Numbered from the stretch's first letter, positions 49,214-61,855 are shown. The stretch: DNA of 64,000 nt from Oligoflexales bacterium (GCA_045106415.1 JBGCEP010000027.1:89553-153552); one strand, 5' to 3'. Notes: generated by a model from the letters alone, not told the origin. A program made the numbers and translations.

Positions 49214-50617
49214 ATGGGTTTATCATGCTTAAAGGATAGTGTTCCGACAGATTATCAACTCGCTTTGCAGTCCTACTGGCACAGTGCACGAGACAAGTGC
49301 GTGTCTGCCATCCAGGATAAGCTACTTACTGAGGCTTGCGATGAAACTTCGCCTGCTTACTATCGACTTTGGATTGATGATTTAGCACGCCGAGAAGAAA
49401 AAGACTCTCTAGAAGAGTTAAACCGCCACCTCCTTACCCAAGGCCTCGAATGGCCTGAATTCAGCACAACATTTCGGGCATTGCGCGGGATCATCCATCT
49501 TGAAAAAGACGAATTCAAAATGGCCACTCTCTTATCTGAAACTTTTCAAGACGACGAAGAGGAGAATCCTTGGATTCTTGAGTTTCTAGAGCGTCTCAGC
49601 CATAGAACAACTCCTAAAACATACCTTAAAAACATTGAGACAATCGATTATTTCCATTATCAGACAGCTGCCACAACGCAGATCATGTTAAACCAACCAA
49701 AAGAATGTGAAAAAATTCTGAAAGTCACATGTAATAAAATTTTTACAGACTGCCCAGATTTGTTACTCTTTCAAATTCATTCAAAACTTGATGAAGCCAG
49801 CCAAATGTGGGAGTTTGACGCTCTCATTGATCGAGCCAAAACTGTCTCCCAGAGATGGAAGGAGAATATAGAAGGATGGTTCCTCCTAGGTTACCTTCAA
49901 GTTCGTGCTGAAAGGTTCCCTGAAGCCATAGAAACTCTAGAGCATGCAAATAAAATGGCTATGGGGCGAGACACTGACATTCTCACTCTGCTTGCACATT
50001 CATATATTACTCGCGCAGACCACACGCACGGCACACATCATGCACAAAAAGTACAAAGCGAAGATTGGAAACACAGTGATTCTTTGTTTCGCACATCTAA
50101 AGACCGCATGATTCAAAGCGGGCTTCCTATCCGAGAAGTGTCACTTTCCATCGAGTCTCTCAATCTTGATAAACATCTCGCAAATAACATTGAAGAGCTC
50201 CCTGGAAAAAGAGTTTGGGCTCTTTTTGTTGGAGCAAATCAATTCAATACCCTGAGAACAGAAAACGAAGAAGACATACAATATATTTTTCAGCACACAC
50301 CAGTCGTCCCTTCACCAAACGACATTGTCCTCATGTTATGGGATGAAGAGCAACAGTGCCGCCTAGCAAGTGTTTATGTCGTAGCTGGTGAGCCTACATG
50401 GCATCCTTTGCATAAAAACGAATCTATCCTTCAACTCTGCACACGACCGGAAAGAAGCATTACTCTCGATATAGAACGAACCCCAGAAGAAAAGAGAAAA
50501 AACATTTTAGAATTCGAAATAGAAGCTATTGATCATATTTTTGAGGGCATACGAACGCATAATGATCCTTATGCCGAAACCTCTTTTGAGCCCATCACTC
50601 TTGCAAAAACATCGTAA
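49214..50617 (+). CDS. Hypothetical protein with TPR-like repeats
   Basis: GWFLLGYLQVRAERFPEAIETLEHA is TPR-like; GGAG RBS. Confidence 0.7.
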   Translation: MGLSCLKDSVPTDYQLALQSYWHSARDKCVSAIQDKLLTEACDETSPAYYRLWIDDLARREEKDSLEELNRHLLTQGLEWPEFSTTFRALRGIIHLEKDEFKMATLLSETFQDDEEENPWILEFLERLSHRTTPKTYLKNIETIDYFHYQTAATTQIMLNQPKECEKILKVTCNKIFTDCPDLLLFQIHSKLDEASQMWEFDALIDRAKTVSQRWKENIEGWFLLGYLQVRAERFPEAIETLEHANKMAMGRDTDILTLLAHSYITRADHTHGTHHAQKVQSEDWKHSDSLFRTSKDRMIQSGLPIREVSLSIESLNLDKHLANNIEELPGKRVWALFVGANQFNTLRTENEEDIQYIFQHTPVVPSPNDIVLMLWDEEQQCRLASVYVVAGEPTWHPLHKNESILQLCTRPERSITLDIERTPEEKRKNILEFEIEAIDHIFEGIRTHNDPYAETSFEPITLAKTS

Positions 50618-50631
50618 GGAGATCAAATATC

Positions 50632-51627
50632 ATGTTTCGCTTTTTCTTTGCTTTTTCACACTTTCTGCTCTACGTAGTCGCTCTATCTTCAGTTTGCCTT
50701 GCGCAAGAAGACATCATCTCAGATGGGAGCGTTCTTCATATTGAAGACAAAGAGTTTAAAGTCACTCCACCCATAGGGTGGGAGGTTCATAACAGTGATG
50801 GGCGAAGTGGGCTTCTTCTACAAAAACCTTTTGTAGAAGGAATGAAATATCAACCCAACATTCGTGTCATGACTTTTCAAGAACCTAAATATATCGATGA
50901 TTACACAGCTGATCAATTTGAAGAAACCTTGATTGAAAGGTTTTCCAAATCAAGCTCATCGATTCAAAATTATATTGTAAGAAATAACCAAATGGTAAAT
51001 ATGGCTGATGGGCGAGAAGCCATTCTTTATTACACACAATTCACATTTGACAAGACTGAACTCATGCAAGCCCACCTCCTCATCTCAGGAGTAGAACGTC
51101 ATTATTTAATTTCATATACTGATCTCACTGAAAATTTTGAAGAAAACACACAGTCTGAAGGGTCTCCACTTCAAAAAGCTTGGTCTTCCATCACCTCTGT
51201 CACTCTAGAATCAGATGGACCTACACGGTTTCAATCTCCTCGATCACTACTGATCACAACTATTTTAATCATTTTCATTCTATGTTTCACATGGTTTATC
51301 CGAAGAAGAAAAGCAATCAATAAATATCAGAAGATAGACGATGATGATGATGATGATGATGATGATGAATTCAATACAGAGGACGACGATGTAGAGACAA
51401 ATATCGACTACTCTAATAATAGCAATGAATCCATCACCAAAGACATGGGCGAACCCAACAACAACTGGTCCTTTTCTACCTCTTCTGAAGCAACTCAAAT
51501 TAAGCCAATATCAAGACACAAGCAGAACCTCTGGGATGAGGCAAATCAAAAAAACTCTGACAAGAACCATGACATTGACGATGACGACAATGAAGAAGAA
51601 AACGAGTGGAACCTCCCTCAAAAATAA
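50632..51627 (+). CDS. Single-pass membrane protein with periplasmic domain and acidic cytoplasmic tail
   Basis: Signal peptide, TM LLITTILIIFILCFTWFI followed by RRRK, poly-Asp tail. Confidence 0.75.
   Translation: MFRFFFAFSHFLLYVVALSSVCLAQEDIISDGSVLHIEDKEFKVTPPIGWEVHNSDGRSGLLLQKPFVEGMKYQPNIRVMTFQEPKYIDDYTADQFEETLIERFSKSSSSIQNYIVRNNQMVNMADGREAILYYTQFTFDKTELMQAHLLISGVERHYLISYTDLTENFEENTQSEGSPLQKAWSSITSVTLESDGPTRFQSPRSLLITTILIIFILCFTWFIRRRKAINKYQKIDDDDDDDDDDEFNTEDDDVETNIDYSNNSNESITKDMGEPNNNWSFSTSSEATQIKPISRHKQNLWDEANQKNSDKNHDIDDDDNEEENEWNLPQK
51340..51366 (+). repeat. (GAT)9 microsatellite encoding poly-Asp
   Basis: Direct read of nine GAT units. Confidence 0.95.
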
Positions 51628-51976
51628 GCCTTTAATCTGTAAAATATTAAGACCTGGGAGATTTCGATGGTTTTCTTAAAAAATTTCTAGATATAGCATT
51701 GAAAAATATTTCTTTAGAGCTTTAAAAGCTAAGCCATATCTACCTCTTAAAATTTTTCTGATTTTTGTTTTAACACCACAGCATCCATGTTCTATCTCAT
51801 TAAAGTCGGGCCTTAAAACATAATTTCAAAAAGAAAACCGCAGAATAATATAGCAACCAACATAAAACCTCAGCCAACTTAAACATGACTGAAAAAACCA
51901 TGCTCCAGAATGGAAAAATAATGGTGAAGAAATTATTGACAAACTTTCCTAAGAAGGGCATAACTTTCTTCATCGG

Positions 51977-52053
51977 AGGGGCATAGCTCAGTTGGTTAGA
52001 GCGCCGTCTTTACACGGCGGAAGTCCGCGGTTCGAGTCCGCGTGCCCCTACCA
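51977..52053 (+). tRNA. tRNA-Val (TAC)
   Basis: Acceptor stem AGGGGCA/TGCCCCT, anticodon arm CCGTC-TTTACAC-GGCGG, GTTCGAG T-loop, encoded CCA. Confidence 0.97.
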
Positions 52054-52120
52054 CTCAAAACTCCCAAAATCATAGATATTAAGCTACCATGTTCTTAAAC
52101 AAAGAACAGAGGTTTTTTTT

Positions 52121-53428
52121 ATGATCTATGCAAATTCATATATTAATTTCCAGTCACATGCTCTCAGCCCTTATCACGTTGTTGATCGCGTTATAAAAAC
52201 ACTGGCCGATGCTCAATTTAAAGCTTGGCAACCAGGGACTCCACTCACAGAGGGCGGGTGGTGGCTAGCGCACCCTGACACAAAAGCTGTCGTTGCATGG
52301 AAAGTTCCCAAAAAGCCTTCTATCAAGAATGGTTACGCAATAACAGCTTCTCACGTAGACAGTCCAACACTCAGGCTCAGACTCCAACCTTTCAAAGAAG
52401 ACGATGGAGTGAACCGGCTCCTCACTCAAATGCATGGCGGACTTATACAAAGATCATGGTTTGATCGACCTTTATACGTAGCTGGCAAAGTTTGGCATCT
52501 TCAAAACTCAAAAAAAATGATGTATAAAAAGGGACTCCCAGCAGTCACAGAAACATTAGTACACAGCACGATTCCTCTTGCCGTTATTCCTGATGTTGCT
52601 ATCCACTTAGATCCTCAAAAAAATAAAGATGGTAAGATCAACCCTGAAAATGCACTTGCTGCTATGTTTGGGTGTCAAGAGACAAAAGAGCTTCAAAAGC
52701 TGTTCTGGGAAGCTCTCAAATTAGATACAAAAACACCTCCAGATGGATTTGACCTTACTCTATCTCCAGCCATTCCTCACATGCTCACAGGGGCTGATCA
52801 ATCATATATTGTTGGTCCAAGGCATGATGATTTAGCTATGGTTTTTTCTTCCCTACAAGCACTCACTGAAATCAAAGAGCAGTCTAGCAAAGTACCCGTT
52901 GCTCTTTTTCTAGATGCTGAAGAAACTGGTTCTGCCACACCTTCTGGTGCTGCGTCTTCTTTTATACGCGACACACTACTCGATATCGCAAACCAACTTG
53001 ATTCGAAAAGTGACTATAAACAACTCCAAGAAAGCTTTTTAATTTCAGCCGATATGGCCCATGCTTGGCACCCCGGCTTCCCACAACTCCATGACAGCAA
53101 CCACAGGCCCCATATCAATAAAGGCATTGTCATTAAAGAAAATGCGAACGATCGATATGCCACAACAGGATACTCAACCGCTATCATTAAAGGTTTATGT
53201 CAGTCGCAAGGACTTTCTTATCAAAACTTTATTGCTAGACAAGACATGGGATGCGGAAGCACGATAGGCCCCACCTTATCAACTGCATTATCATGTCCAG
53301 CTGCTGACATTGGACTTGCTCAATGGGCTATGCACTCAAGCGCTGAAACAATGGGTGCACATGACCTTGACGATATGATTAAACTTTTCAAGGCTTTTTA
53401 CACCGGAGAAAACAACATCGAGAAATAA
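52121..53428 (+). CDS. M18 family (aspartyl) aminopeptidase
   Basis: SHVDSP, AIHL, DAEETGS, SADMAHAWHP, CGSTIGP, MHSSAE. Confidence 0.93.
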   Translation: MIYANSYINFQSHALSPYHVVDRVIKTLADAQFKAWQPGTPLTEGGWWLAHPDTKAVVAWKVPKKPSIKNGYAITASHVDSPTLRLRLQPFKEDDGVNRLLTQMHGGLIQRSWFDRPLYVAGKVWHLQNSKKMMYKKGLPAVTETLVHSTIPLAVIPDVAIHLDPQKNKDGKINPENALAAMFGCQETKELQKLFWEALKLDTKTPPDGFDLTLSPAIPHMLTGADQSYIVGPRHDDLAMVFSSLQALTEIKEQSSKVPVALFLDAEETGSATPSGAASSFIRDTLLDIANQLDSKSDYKQLQESFLISADMAHAWHPGFPQLHDSNHRPHINKGIVIKENANDRYATTGYSTAIIKGLCQSQGLSYQNFIARQDMGCGSTIGPTLSTALSCPAADIGLAQWAMHSSAETMGAHDLDDMIKLFKAFYTGENNIEK

Positions 53429-53435
53429 CAAGACC

Positions 53436-53465
53436 TTCTCGGCACTATTTAAAAATGTCGAGAAA
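53436..53465. terminator. Hairpin between convergent genes
   Basis: TTCTCGGCA / TGTCGAGAA. Confidence 0.45.
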
Positions 53466-53480
53466 GTTCACAAGATCACC

Positions 53481-56400
53481 TTATACGAGCAAAAAATCAC
53501 AAATATCTCCAATACTGATTTCATCAGTAAAGAAATCACAAAACTCTTTTTCTTTTAATTTTTGAATATCCAGTATTTTTTCTTCAATCGTTCCTTGCGA
53601 TATGATTCTATAAACAAAAACAGGGTGTGATTGTCCAGAGCGATGAAGACGCGCAATCGCTTGATTTTCAACTGCTGGATTCCACCAAGGATCCAATAAA
53701 AAACAATAATGAGATGCTGTCAAATTTAACCCGACACCACCAGCTTTCAAGCTTACTAAAAAAATTAAACAGTCTTCACTCCCTTGAAAAGAGTCAATAC
53801 ATTTCTCACGGTCTTTGGTGGACCCATTCAAAGACTCATACAAAAGATGTCGTTTATCCAGCTCATATGAAATTATTTTAAGAAAAGATGTGAACTGTGA
53901 AAAAATAACAATTTTTTTCTTTTCTCTACAAAGAACGTCAATCTTATCAAGTAAAACTTGAACTTTACCACTATCACCTTCAGCAAAAGGAAATATTAAA
54001 CCAGGGTGACATGCAATTTGCCTCAATCTTAATAACGCTTCTAATATAAATTTTTTTGATTTTACAGGATTCAGAGCGTTTTTTTCTTTTCGAATCTTTT
54101 TTAAAAAATAAGATTTCGCATCATCATATCTTGTTTTTTGAATCACAGACATTTCACACATGAGAATTTGCGAATTCAATTTTGGGAGGGATTGTAGAAC
54201 ATCTTTTTTCTCTCGCCTTAAGAAAAAAGGCCTTATAATATGGTAAAGATCGTTTGCTTTCAATTTTTCTTGAAGTTTCACAGAGTCTGAAACTAATCCA
54301 GGATTAATGAAATCTGCAATCGACTCCAAGTCTTTCGCATTATTTTCAATAGGAGTTCCTGTCATTGCAATATTCATGTCAGATTTCAACATTTTCATCA
54401 CTTGTGCTATGTATGATTTCTCGTTTTTAATGACCTGCGCTTCATCTAAACACACCACAGAAAAATTGAACCGATTTAGTTTTTCAATATCATGTTTTAC
54501 TGTGTGATGAGTTGTCAAAATAATATTTTGATCTGAAAAACTATCTAAACGTCTATTGTCGCCATAATAAGAAAAAAAACTTAACTTTGTAAATTTTTCA
54601 ATTTCTCGTATCCAATTAAAAACTAACGTTTTGGGAACAACAATCAAATAAGGCTTCTGACTAAAAAACTTTTTTTGATCTAAAAAAGAAAGAACCTGAG
54701 CTGTCTTACCCAACCCCATTTCATCAGATAAACACCCACCAACCCCTTTCTGATTTAAAAAGAAAAGCCAATAAACCCCCATTTTTTGGTAATCTCTTAA
54801 ATTTTTATAGAATTTCAATGGCGTCTTGTGTTTCTTAAAAAAAACTCCGTCTTGAAAAGAAACATCTTTCAATCGCAAAGATTCAGGCACAGTGACTCGA
54901 CTATGACACAAATATTCTCGCAATATAAAAACATGACTTTTTTCAAAAAACATAACATCATCACGACATACACCAGACAAAAACAATAAAGAAAAATGCC
55001 TCACCCAATCTCTCGATAAGAAACCTAATCTCATATCTTGCAAAAAAATTTGACGGCACCCTCTCTCCATAACAGACTTTATTTTCAATAAAGAACATTT
55101 ATTCCCTTGAAAATCAACAAAACCTCTCCATTCAAAACCATCATGTGTTTCTTTGATTTCACCATAAACAACAGGATTTGATTGCACTTCAAAAGTATTA
55201 ACAACAACACGACAACCACTAGTAAGAATTTGATCCATTACTGCTTCAATGACAGAGTCAGGATCGGACCATCGACCACTTGAAAGCTTCTTAAACCCTA
55301 GGTGATTTAAAAAAGATAAAAAATATTCTTCCTTTTTAAGATTTCGAATCACTCTTGTGCGCGAAACAAAATCAAATAAAGAATGACACCTTCTATCCGA
55401 AGATCTAATCTTGATATTTTCATAACAGAAAAAAACATCCATTCTCAAACCACTTGATGTAAATAAACGTGTATTCAAATCAACAACCACTGAAAGATCA
55501 CAAACATTAGCATCATCGGCATCAAGCGTGTTGGAAAAAATTAACTTACCATGGGTCTTCACCTGCATCAGAACACCTGGAGTATTAAACACAGGAGCGA
55601 TTTTATGATTCAATGTATTCGCCATATCTGAATTTATCAAAAAATCTTCTTCCTCTAAAAAGAAAAGGAAATCTTTCAATTTGTTATAAGATAAATACGA
55701 ATAAACCTGATGATTATAAAAAAACAGACCAAGGTCGGGGGAACACGAAGTTTGCTGCATCGGTATTTTCAAAGAATCTTTTATAAAAAAAATCTGAATT
55801 TGAAAATCTCCAGGATTTAATCCAGATAGATTGAATTCAACATCAAGAGAAAATCTCTCATAATTATTTCTTCCATCTAAAAAAAATTCACCGTATTTGC
55901 TTTTAAAAGAAAATACATTTAAAAATTTATATTTAAAATCTTCATTTTTTATAGAAAGATCATCTTTTCCCAATGATTGATTCCAATTGAAAGGGGACTG
56001 GATATCAGTATTAGAAAAACAATCATTTGAAGAAGTTTGGTTTTCCAAATAAGAGTAAAACTCTTCTTTATCTAAGGAAATATCTTGTTTTTCACAAAAA
56101 AAACTTTGGAGACAGTGATAAGAAGACTTTCTATACTCTATAAATAAATTATTCAGATTTTTAGAATCTTCTGAAAGTTTTAAAAAAAACTCCCAATTCA
56201 CAATGGTCATATTTTCATTATGATTCATCTCTTTTAAAAAATATTTAAACTCACGTTTCTGTTTTTCGTTTGACAAAAATTCGGAACATTTTTTTAAGTG
56301 CACACACAGTGATCTTGCATCAAAAGATAAAAAATCTAAACATTCACATGTAGCGATAATATAACCATCATGTTGATCTACGTATTGAAACTTCTGATGA

Positions 56401-56537
56401 AAAACTCCAAAAAGGAGATCACCTTCTGTGCGCAAAGAACACGATACATATGATTCATCAATAATTTCAATTTGTGGAGACTCTCTCTGTATAACACTCT
56501 CAGGTTTCACAGCTAAAACACGATCAAAAAAATCCAC
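53481..56537 (-). CDS. SWIM-domain SNF2-family helicase
   Basis: CEC-x11-CVH SWIM, LRDYQ, DEMGLGKT, DEAQVIKN, TGTPIEN, FSQF, SLKAGGVGLNLT, DPWWNPAVENQA. Confidence 0.92.
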   Translation of the reverse strand: MDFFDRVLAVKPESVIQRESPQIEIIDESYVSCSLRTEGDLLFGVFHQKFQYVDQHDGYIIATCECLDFLSFDARSLCVHLKKCSEFLSNEKQKREFKYFLKEMNHNENMTIVNWEFFLKLSEDSKNLNNLFIEYRKSSYHCLQSFFCEKQDISLDKEEFYSYLENQTSSNDCFSNTDIQSPFNWNQSLGKDDLSIKNEDFKYKFLNVFSFKSKYGEFFLDGRNNYERFSLDVEFNLSGLNPGDFQIQIFFIKDSLKIPMQQTSCSPDLGLFFYNHQVYSYLSYNKLKDFLFFLEEEDFLINSDMANTLNHKIAPVFNTPGVLMQVKTHGKLIFSNTLDADDANVCDLSVVVDLNTRLFTSSGLRMDVFFCYENIKIRSSDRRCHSLFDFVSRTRVIRNLKKEEYFLSFLNHLGFKKLSSGRWSDPDSVIEAVMDQILTSGCRVVVNTFEVQSNPVVYGEIKETHDGFEWRGFVDFQGNKCSLLKIKSVMERGCRQIFLQDMRLGFLSRDWVRHFSLLFLSGVCRDDVMFFEKSHVFILREYLCHSRVTVPESLRLKDVSFQDGVFFKKHKTPLKFYKNLRDYQKMGVYWLFFLNQKGVGGCLSDEMGLGKTAQVLSFLDQKKFFSQKPYLIVVPKTLVFNWIREIEKFTKLSFFSYYGDNRRLDSFSDQNIILTTHHTVKHDIEKLNRFNFSVVCLDEAQVIKNEKSYIAQVMKMLKSDMNIAMTGTPIENNAKDLESIADFINPGLVSDSVKLQEKLKANDLYHIIRPFFLRREKKDVLQSLPKLNSQILMCEMSVIQKTRYDDAKSYFLKKIRKEKNALNPVKSKKFILEALLRLRQIACHPGLIFPFAEGDSGKVQVLLDKIDVLCREKKKIVIFSQFTSFLKIISYELDKRHLLYESLNGSTKDREKCIDSFQGSEDCLIFLVSLKAGGVGLNLTASHYCFLLDPWWNPAVENQAIARLHRSGQSHPVFVYRIISQGTIEEKILDIQKLKEKEFCDFFTDEISIGDICDFLLV

Positions 56538-56674
56538 AAATCACCCTCAACATTAAGCCCCTCTTTCTTAAAGCCTCACAGTAAAACACACATGTTAAAT
56601 CAAAATATCCAATAAACACACTGCTATATTAAGGTGTTATCAAAAAAACTTAGACACAGAGGCTGTGTGCAATC

Positions 56675-57685
56675 ATGACCTCACATACAAAAACCGAGAC
56701 GTTCTATATGAAACGCATGACTTCAAAAGAAAAAGCAGCCATCCTTCTTACAGTCTTAGGAGAAGATATTGCCTCAGAGATTTTAAAACAACTATCTGAG
56801 CAAGATACTCGCATGATCATACAAGCCATGAATGGACTTAAAACAATCGATCAAGACGATATAGATCAGCTACTCCAAGAGTTTTTGGCAAACCTTCTTC
56901 AACCGGCTACAAACATCGAAGCTGATCCTAGCTTTATGAAGAAAGTTCTAGAAAAAACACATTTAGACTCAAAAAAAATAGCTGACCTTCTACCATCTAC
57001 ACCACAATTTCGTTGCCTTGATCCCCTAAGTGGGCAGGAAGTCTCTCTTATGCTCTCACATGAACACCCTCAAACCATAGCTCTTGTTTTCACACAGTTA
57101 TCACCTCAAAAGCTGGCAGAAGCCTTTCAACATTTACCTCAAAGCCTACAAAGCGAAGTCATGCTTCGCATTGCAAATCTTGATAGAATTGAATCAGAGA
57201 CTTTATTTGAGCTGGAAGAAACCCTGGAAGAGATGCTCAAAAAATCAGAGTCGCAACGCTTTCAAAAAGTTGGTGGGATTGATAAAATAAAATCACTTCT
57301 ACAAAACACAACACCAGAAATGACTCAACAAATCCTAGAAAACTTAAAGAAAACTCAACCAGATATCGCTGAAGAAATTGAAAACAGTCTTTTTCAATTT
57401 AGCGATTTGATAAAAATGGATAAAGATTCTTTCAGAGTCTTATTTCAAAAAGTCGATCAAACAACCTGGATGATAGCCTTGCGTGGCCAAGAACAAATTT
57501 TAGACATTGCATTAACAGTTCTTTCAACTCGAGCCGCAGAAACTTTTCAAGAAGATTTTATTTCTCAAAAACCACAGAAAAAATCTGACATTGAAAAGCA
57601 CCAACAAGACATCATAACAGTTGCAAAAAACCTCGCTGCAGAAGGAATTATACGACTTCCTACTGACAACGAGGTTTGGGTCTAA
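56675..57685 (+). CDS. fliG: Flagellar motor switch protein FliG
   Basis: EKAAILL, EHPQTIAL, GG linker, LFQFSDL, STRAAETFQED. Confidence 0.9.
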   Translation: MTSHTKTETFYMKRMTSKEKAAILLTVLGEDIASEILKQLSEQDTRMIIQAMNGLKTIDQDDIDQLLQEFLANLLQPATNIEADPSFMKKVLEKTHLDSKKIADLLPSTPQFRCLDPLSGQEVSLMLSHEHPQTIALVFTQLSPQKLAEAFQHLPQSLQSEVMLRIANLDRIESETLFELEETLEEMLKKSESQRFQKVGGIDKIKSLLQNTTPEMTQQILENLKKTQPDIAEEIENSLFQFSDLIKMDKDSFRVLFQKVDQTTWMIALRGQEQILDIALTVLSTRAAETFQEDFISQKPQKKSDIEKHQQDIITVAKNLAAEGIIRLPTDNEVWV

Positions 57686-57697
57686 GAGATCAAAAAA

Positions 57698-58639
57698 TTA
57701 ATCATTAAACTCGGTATAACCAGACACAGCAGCCACACTAATGGCCTCGGCCTTCGTATAACCACCCTCACCCTCTGTGATAGTGTGAGTTAAACTTTTC
57801 AACTCATAACTCGCAAGAGTTGCACAATTTGTGCTATCAGCTACCGTTAAATCAGAAGCATTCACACAAATAGTCTCAGACGCTCGCTGAGTTCCACTGC
57901 AATCTTCTCCAGGAGGATTATTCGGGCTTCCAAAAATTCCTGATGCATACATATAATTTGCATTTGATTTCATCTGGATACCACAAGAAACTCCATTTCC
58001 TGCGCTATTTCCACCATTGGTAAACTCAAGAGCGCCGGTTGTTTCATTGGCTTTGACATGTGTATAAGCATAAGAAGGAATTTTCACTCCTTCAACAGTT
58101 TCTTGTGAAACCGCAATCTGCCAAAACTCAACCTCAGTCCCTGCTGTGTTCGCTTTTGCATAGACAATAATCCACTCATCATCACTCCCTGTAGTCCCGC
58201 GCTCCATAAGGTAAAAATGATCATCATAAAAACCAAACGCTAGTTGTGATGTTTCACTTAATGTTTCTTGGCATTGAAAGTACATAGGAAAAACATCGCC
58301 ATTCGGAAGCGCTGGTGGGGTCCACTCAGTTGCAACTTCATCAACACATTTACGTGGAGAATCTTCTGCTCTAGAATTTAAAGATGCCATTCTTTCGTCA
58401 ATTTTTTGCAGCCGGTAGCTAAAATTTGTGGGCCCAGGACTAAACAAACGCCCTTTAATCACCTCAACAGCCGTTGGGGGCGCCGTTGCTTCTTCTGTAA
58501 GGGTTAAAGCAGTCGATAACAGTCCAGCTGGGGTGCTATGTTCAACGGGTGGGTAAATTGCAGGAGCTCCAATTGACTTTCCTGACTCATCACACCCACT
58601 GTACTGCAGCAAAACAAACAATAAAGCAAATACTCTCAT
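57698..58639 (-). CDS. Hypothetical lipoprotein
   Basis: MRVFALLFVLLQYSGC lipobox; several Cys in the mature part. Confidence 0.7.
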   Translation of the reverse strand: MRVFALLFVLLQYSGCDESGKSIGAPAIYPPVEHSTPAGLLSTALTLTEEATAPPTAVEVIKGRLFSPGPTNFSYRLQKIDERMASLNSRAEDSPRKCVDEVATEWTPPALPNGDVFPMYFQCQETLSETSQLAFGFYDDHFYLMERGTTGSDDEWIIVYAKANTAGTEVEFWQIAVSQETVEGVKIPSYAYTHVKANETTGALEFTNGGNSAGNGVSCGIQMKSNANYMYASGIFGSPNNPPGEDCSGTQRASETICVNASDLTVADSTNCATLASYELKSLTHTITEGEGGYTKAEAISVAAVSGYTEFND

Positions 58640-58734
58640 TCTAAACTCTCCATCACACACTATTCATCATTCCACCTAGCTTAACGGATGAGTCTCTGAC
58701 TCAAATAGGCAAATACCTCCACACACCTCTTCGT

Positions 58735-58774
58735 AAAAAAATCCTGCATCTTCAAACTGATACAGGATTTTTTT
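58735..58774 (-). terminator. Intrinsic (bidirectional) terminator after tgt
   Basis: AAAAAAATCCTG / CAGGATTTTTTT. Confidence 0.8.
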
Positions 58775-58798
58775 ATGAAGTAATCTTATACTGTTTTA

Positions 58799-59893
58799 TT
58801 AACGAGGGTAAATGGCTTGAATCTCTTTAACTAACTCTGCGAACGTATCATTTTCAATCGACTGACGCACTCTTTCCATCAGTTTCAAGTAATACGTAAT
58901 ATTATGAACAGTGAAGAGTCGCAAAGCTGTCAATTCACCCGCGACAAACAAATGCCTCAAGAACGCGCGACTGTATGTCGTACAAGTTGAACACTCACAA
59001 TTTGCATCTAATGGCTCTTGATCATGCCTAAATCTAGCATTACGAATATTCAAACGCCCCTCAGAGGTGAATAAGGAGCCGTTTCTTGCGTTTCGAGATG
59101 GCATCACACAATCAAACATATCCACACCCAACGCCACCGACTCCACTAAGTCACGAGGTGTTCCCACACCCATAAGATAACGAGGCTTATCTGTAGGAAG
59201 CTCTTGACACGCAACATCTGTCATAGCTCTCATATCTTCCTTACTCTCTCCTACAGAAAGACCCCCAATTGCATATCCTTCAAAACCAATCTCCTGAAGA
59301 GCTTTAGCACTTTTTCTACGTAAACCTTCGTAAACCCCACCTTGCACAATCCCAAATTGACAAAGTTCATCTTTGGTTTTGCTGTCTCGGCATCGCTGTG
59401 CCCAGCGTAAAGTTCGATCAAGGGAGTCTTCAGCTTGCTTCCAAGTTGCAGGGCATGGCGTACACTCATCAAGCACCATATGAATATCTGAACCAAAAGC
59501 CTCTTGAGCCCTTACAGCTTCTTCTGGGGTAAGCAAAAACTTTCGACCATCAATATGACTCGCGAAATGCGCTCCTTCTTCTGTGAGCTTACATTGTTTT
59601 GCAAGACTAAATACTTGAAACCCCCCACTATCAGTCAAAATAGGACGATCCCAACCGACAAACTTATGCAATCCCCCGAAAGGCTCTAACACCTCAAGAC
59701 CAGGCCTTAAATACATATGATATGTATTGCAAAGCATGATCTTAGAGTCCATGCGCAGTAAATCTTCAGGAAGTAAAGTCTTGACGGTACCAAGAGTACC
59801 CACAGGCATAAAAACAGGAGTCTCAACAACTCCTCTGTGTAACTGGACTCGACCACGTCGGGCAGAGCCACTTGATTTTATAAGCTGAAACAT
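58799..59893 (-). CDS. tgt: Queuine tRNA-ribosyltransferase
   Basis: TPVFMPVGT, NTYH, TDSGGFQ, GIVQGG, DMFDCV, CECSTC...H zinc site. Confidence 0.98.
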   Translation of the reverse strand: MFQLIKSSGSARRGRVQLHRGVVETPVFMPVGTLGTVKTLLPEDLLRMDSKIMLCNTYHMYLRPGLEVLEPFGGLHKFVGWDRPILTDSGGFQVFSLAKQCKLTEEGAHFASHIDGRKFLLTPEEAVRAQEAFGSDIHMVLDECTPCPATWKQAEDSLDRTLRWAQRCRDSKTKDELCQFGIVQGGVYEGLRRKSAKALQEIGFEGYAIGGLSVGESKEDMRAMTDVACQELPTDKPRYLMGVGTPRDLVESVALGVDMFDCVMPSRNARNGSLFTSEGRLNIRNARFRHDQEPLDANCECSTCTTYSRAFLRHLFVAGELTALRLFTVHNITYYLKLMERVRQSIENDTFAELVKEIQAIYPR

Positions 59894-59902
59894 AGCCCTC
59901 TG

Positions 59903-61812
<1,910 letters not shown>

Positions 61813-61855
61813 TTAATTGCGATATTTTCATCATATCGTCCATCATGTTGAAAGT

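Noticed and set aside
51977..53481. Genomic island integrated at tRNA-Val
   Set aside because: No integrase and no duplicated tRNA 3' end seen; a housekeeping peptidase follows directly.
53481..56537. SNF2 helicase as part of an anti-phage defence system
   Set aside because: No methylase, nuclease or other defence partner is adjacent; SWIM-SNF2 genes are commonly stand-alone.
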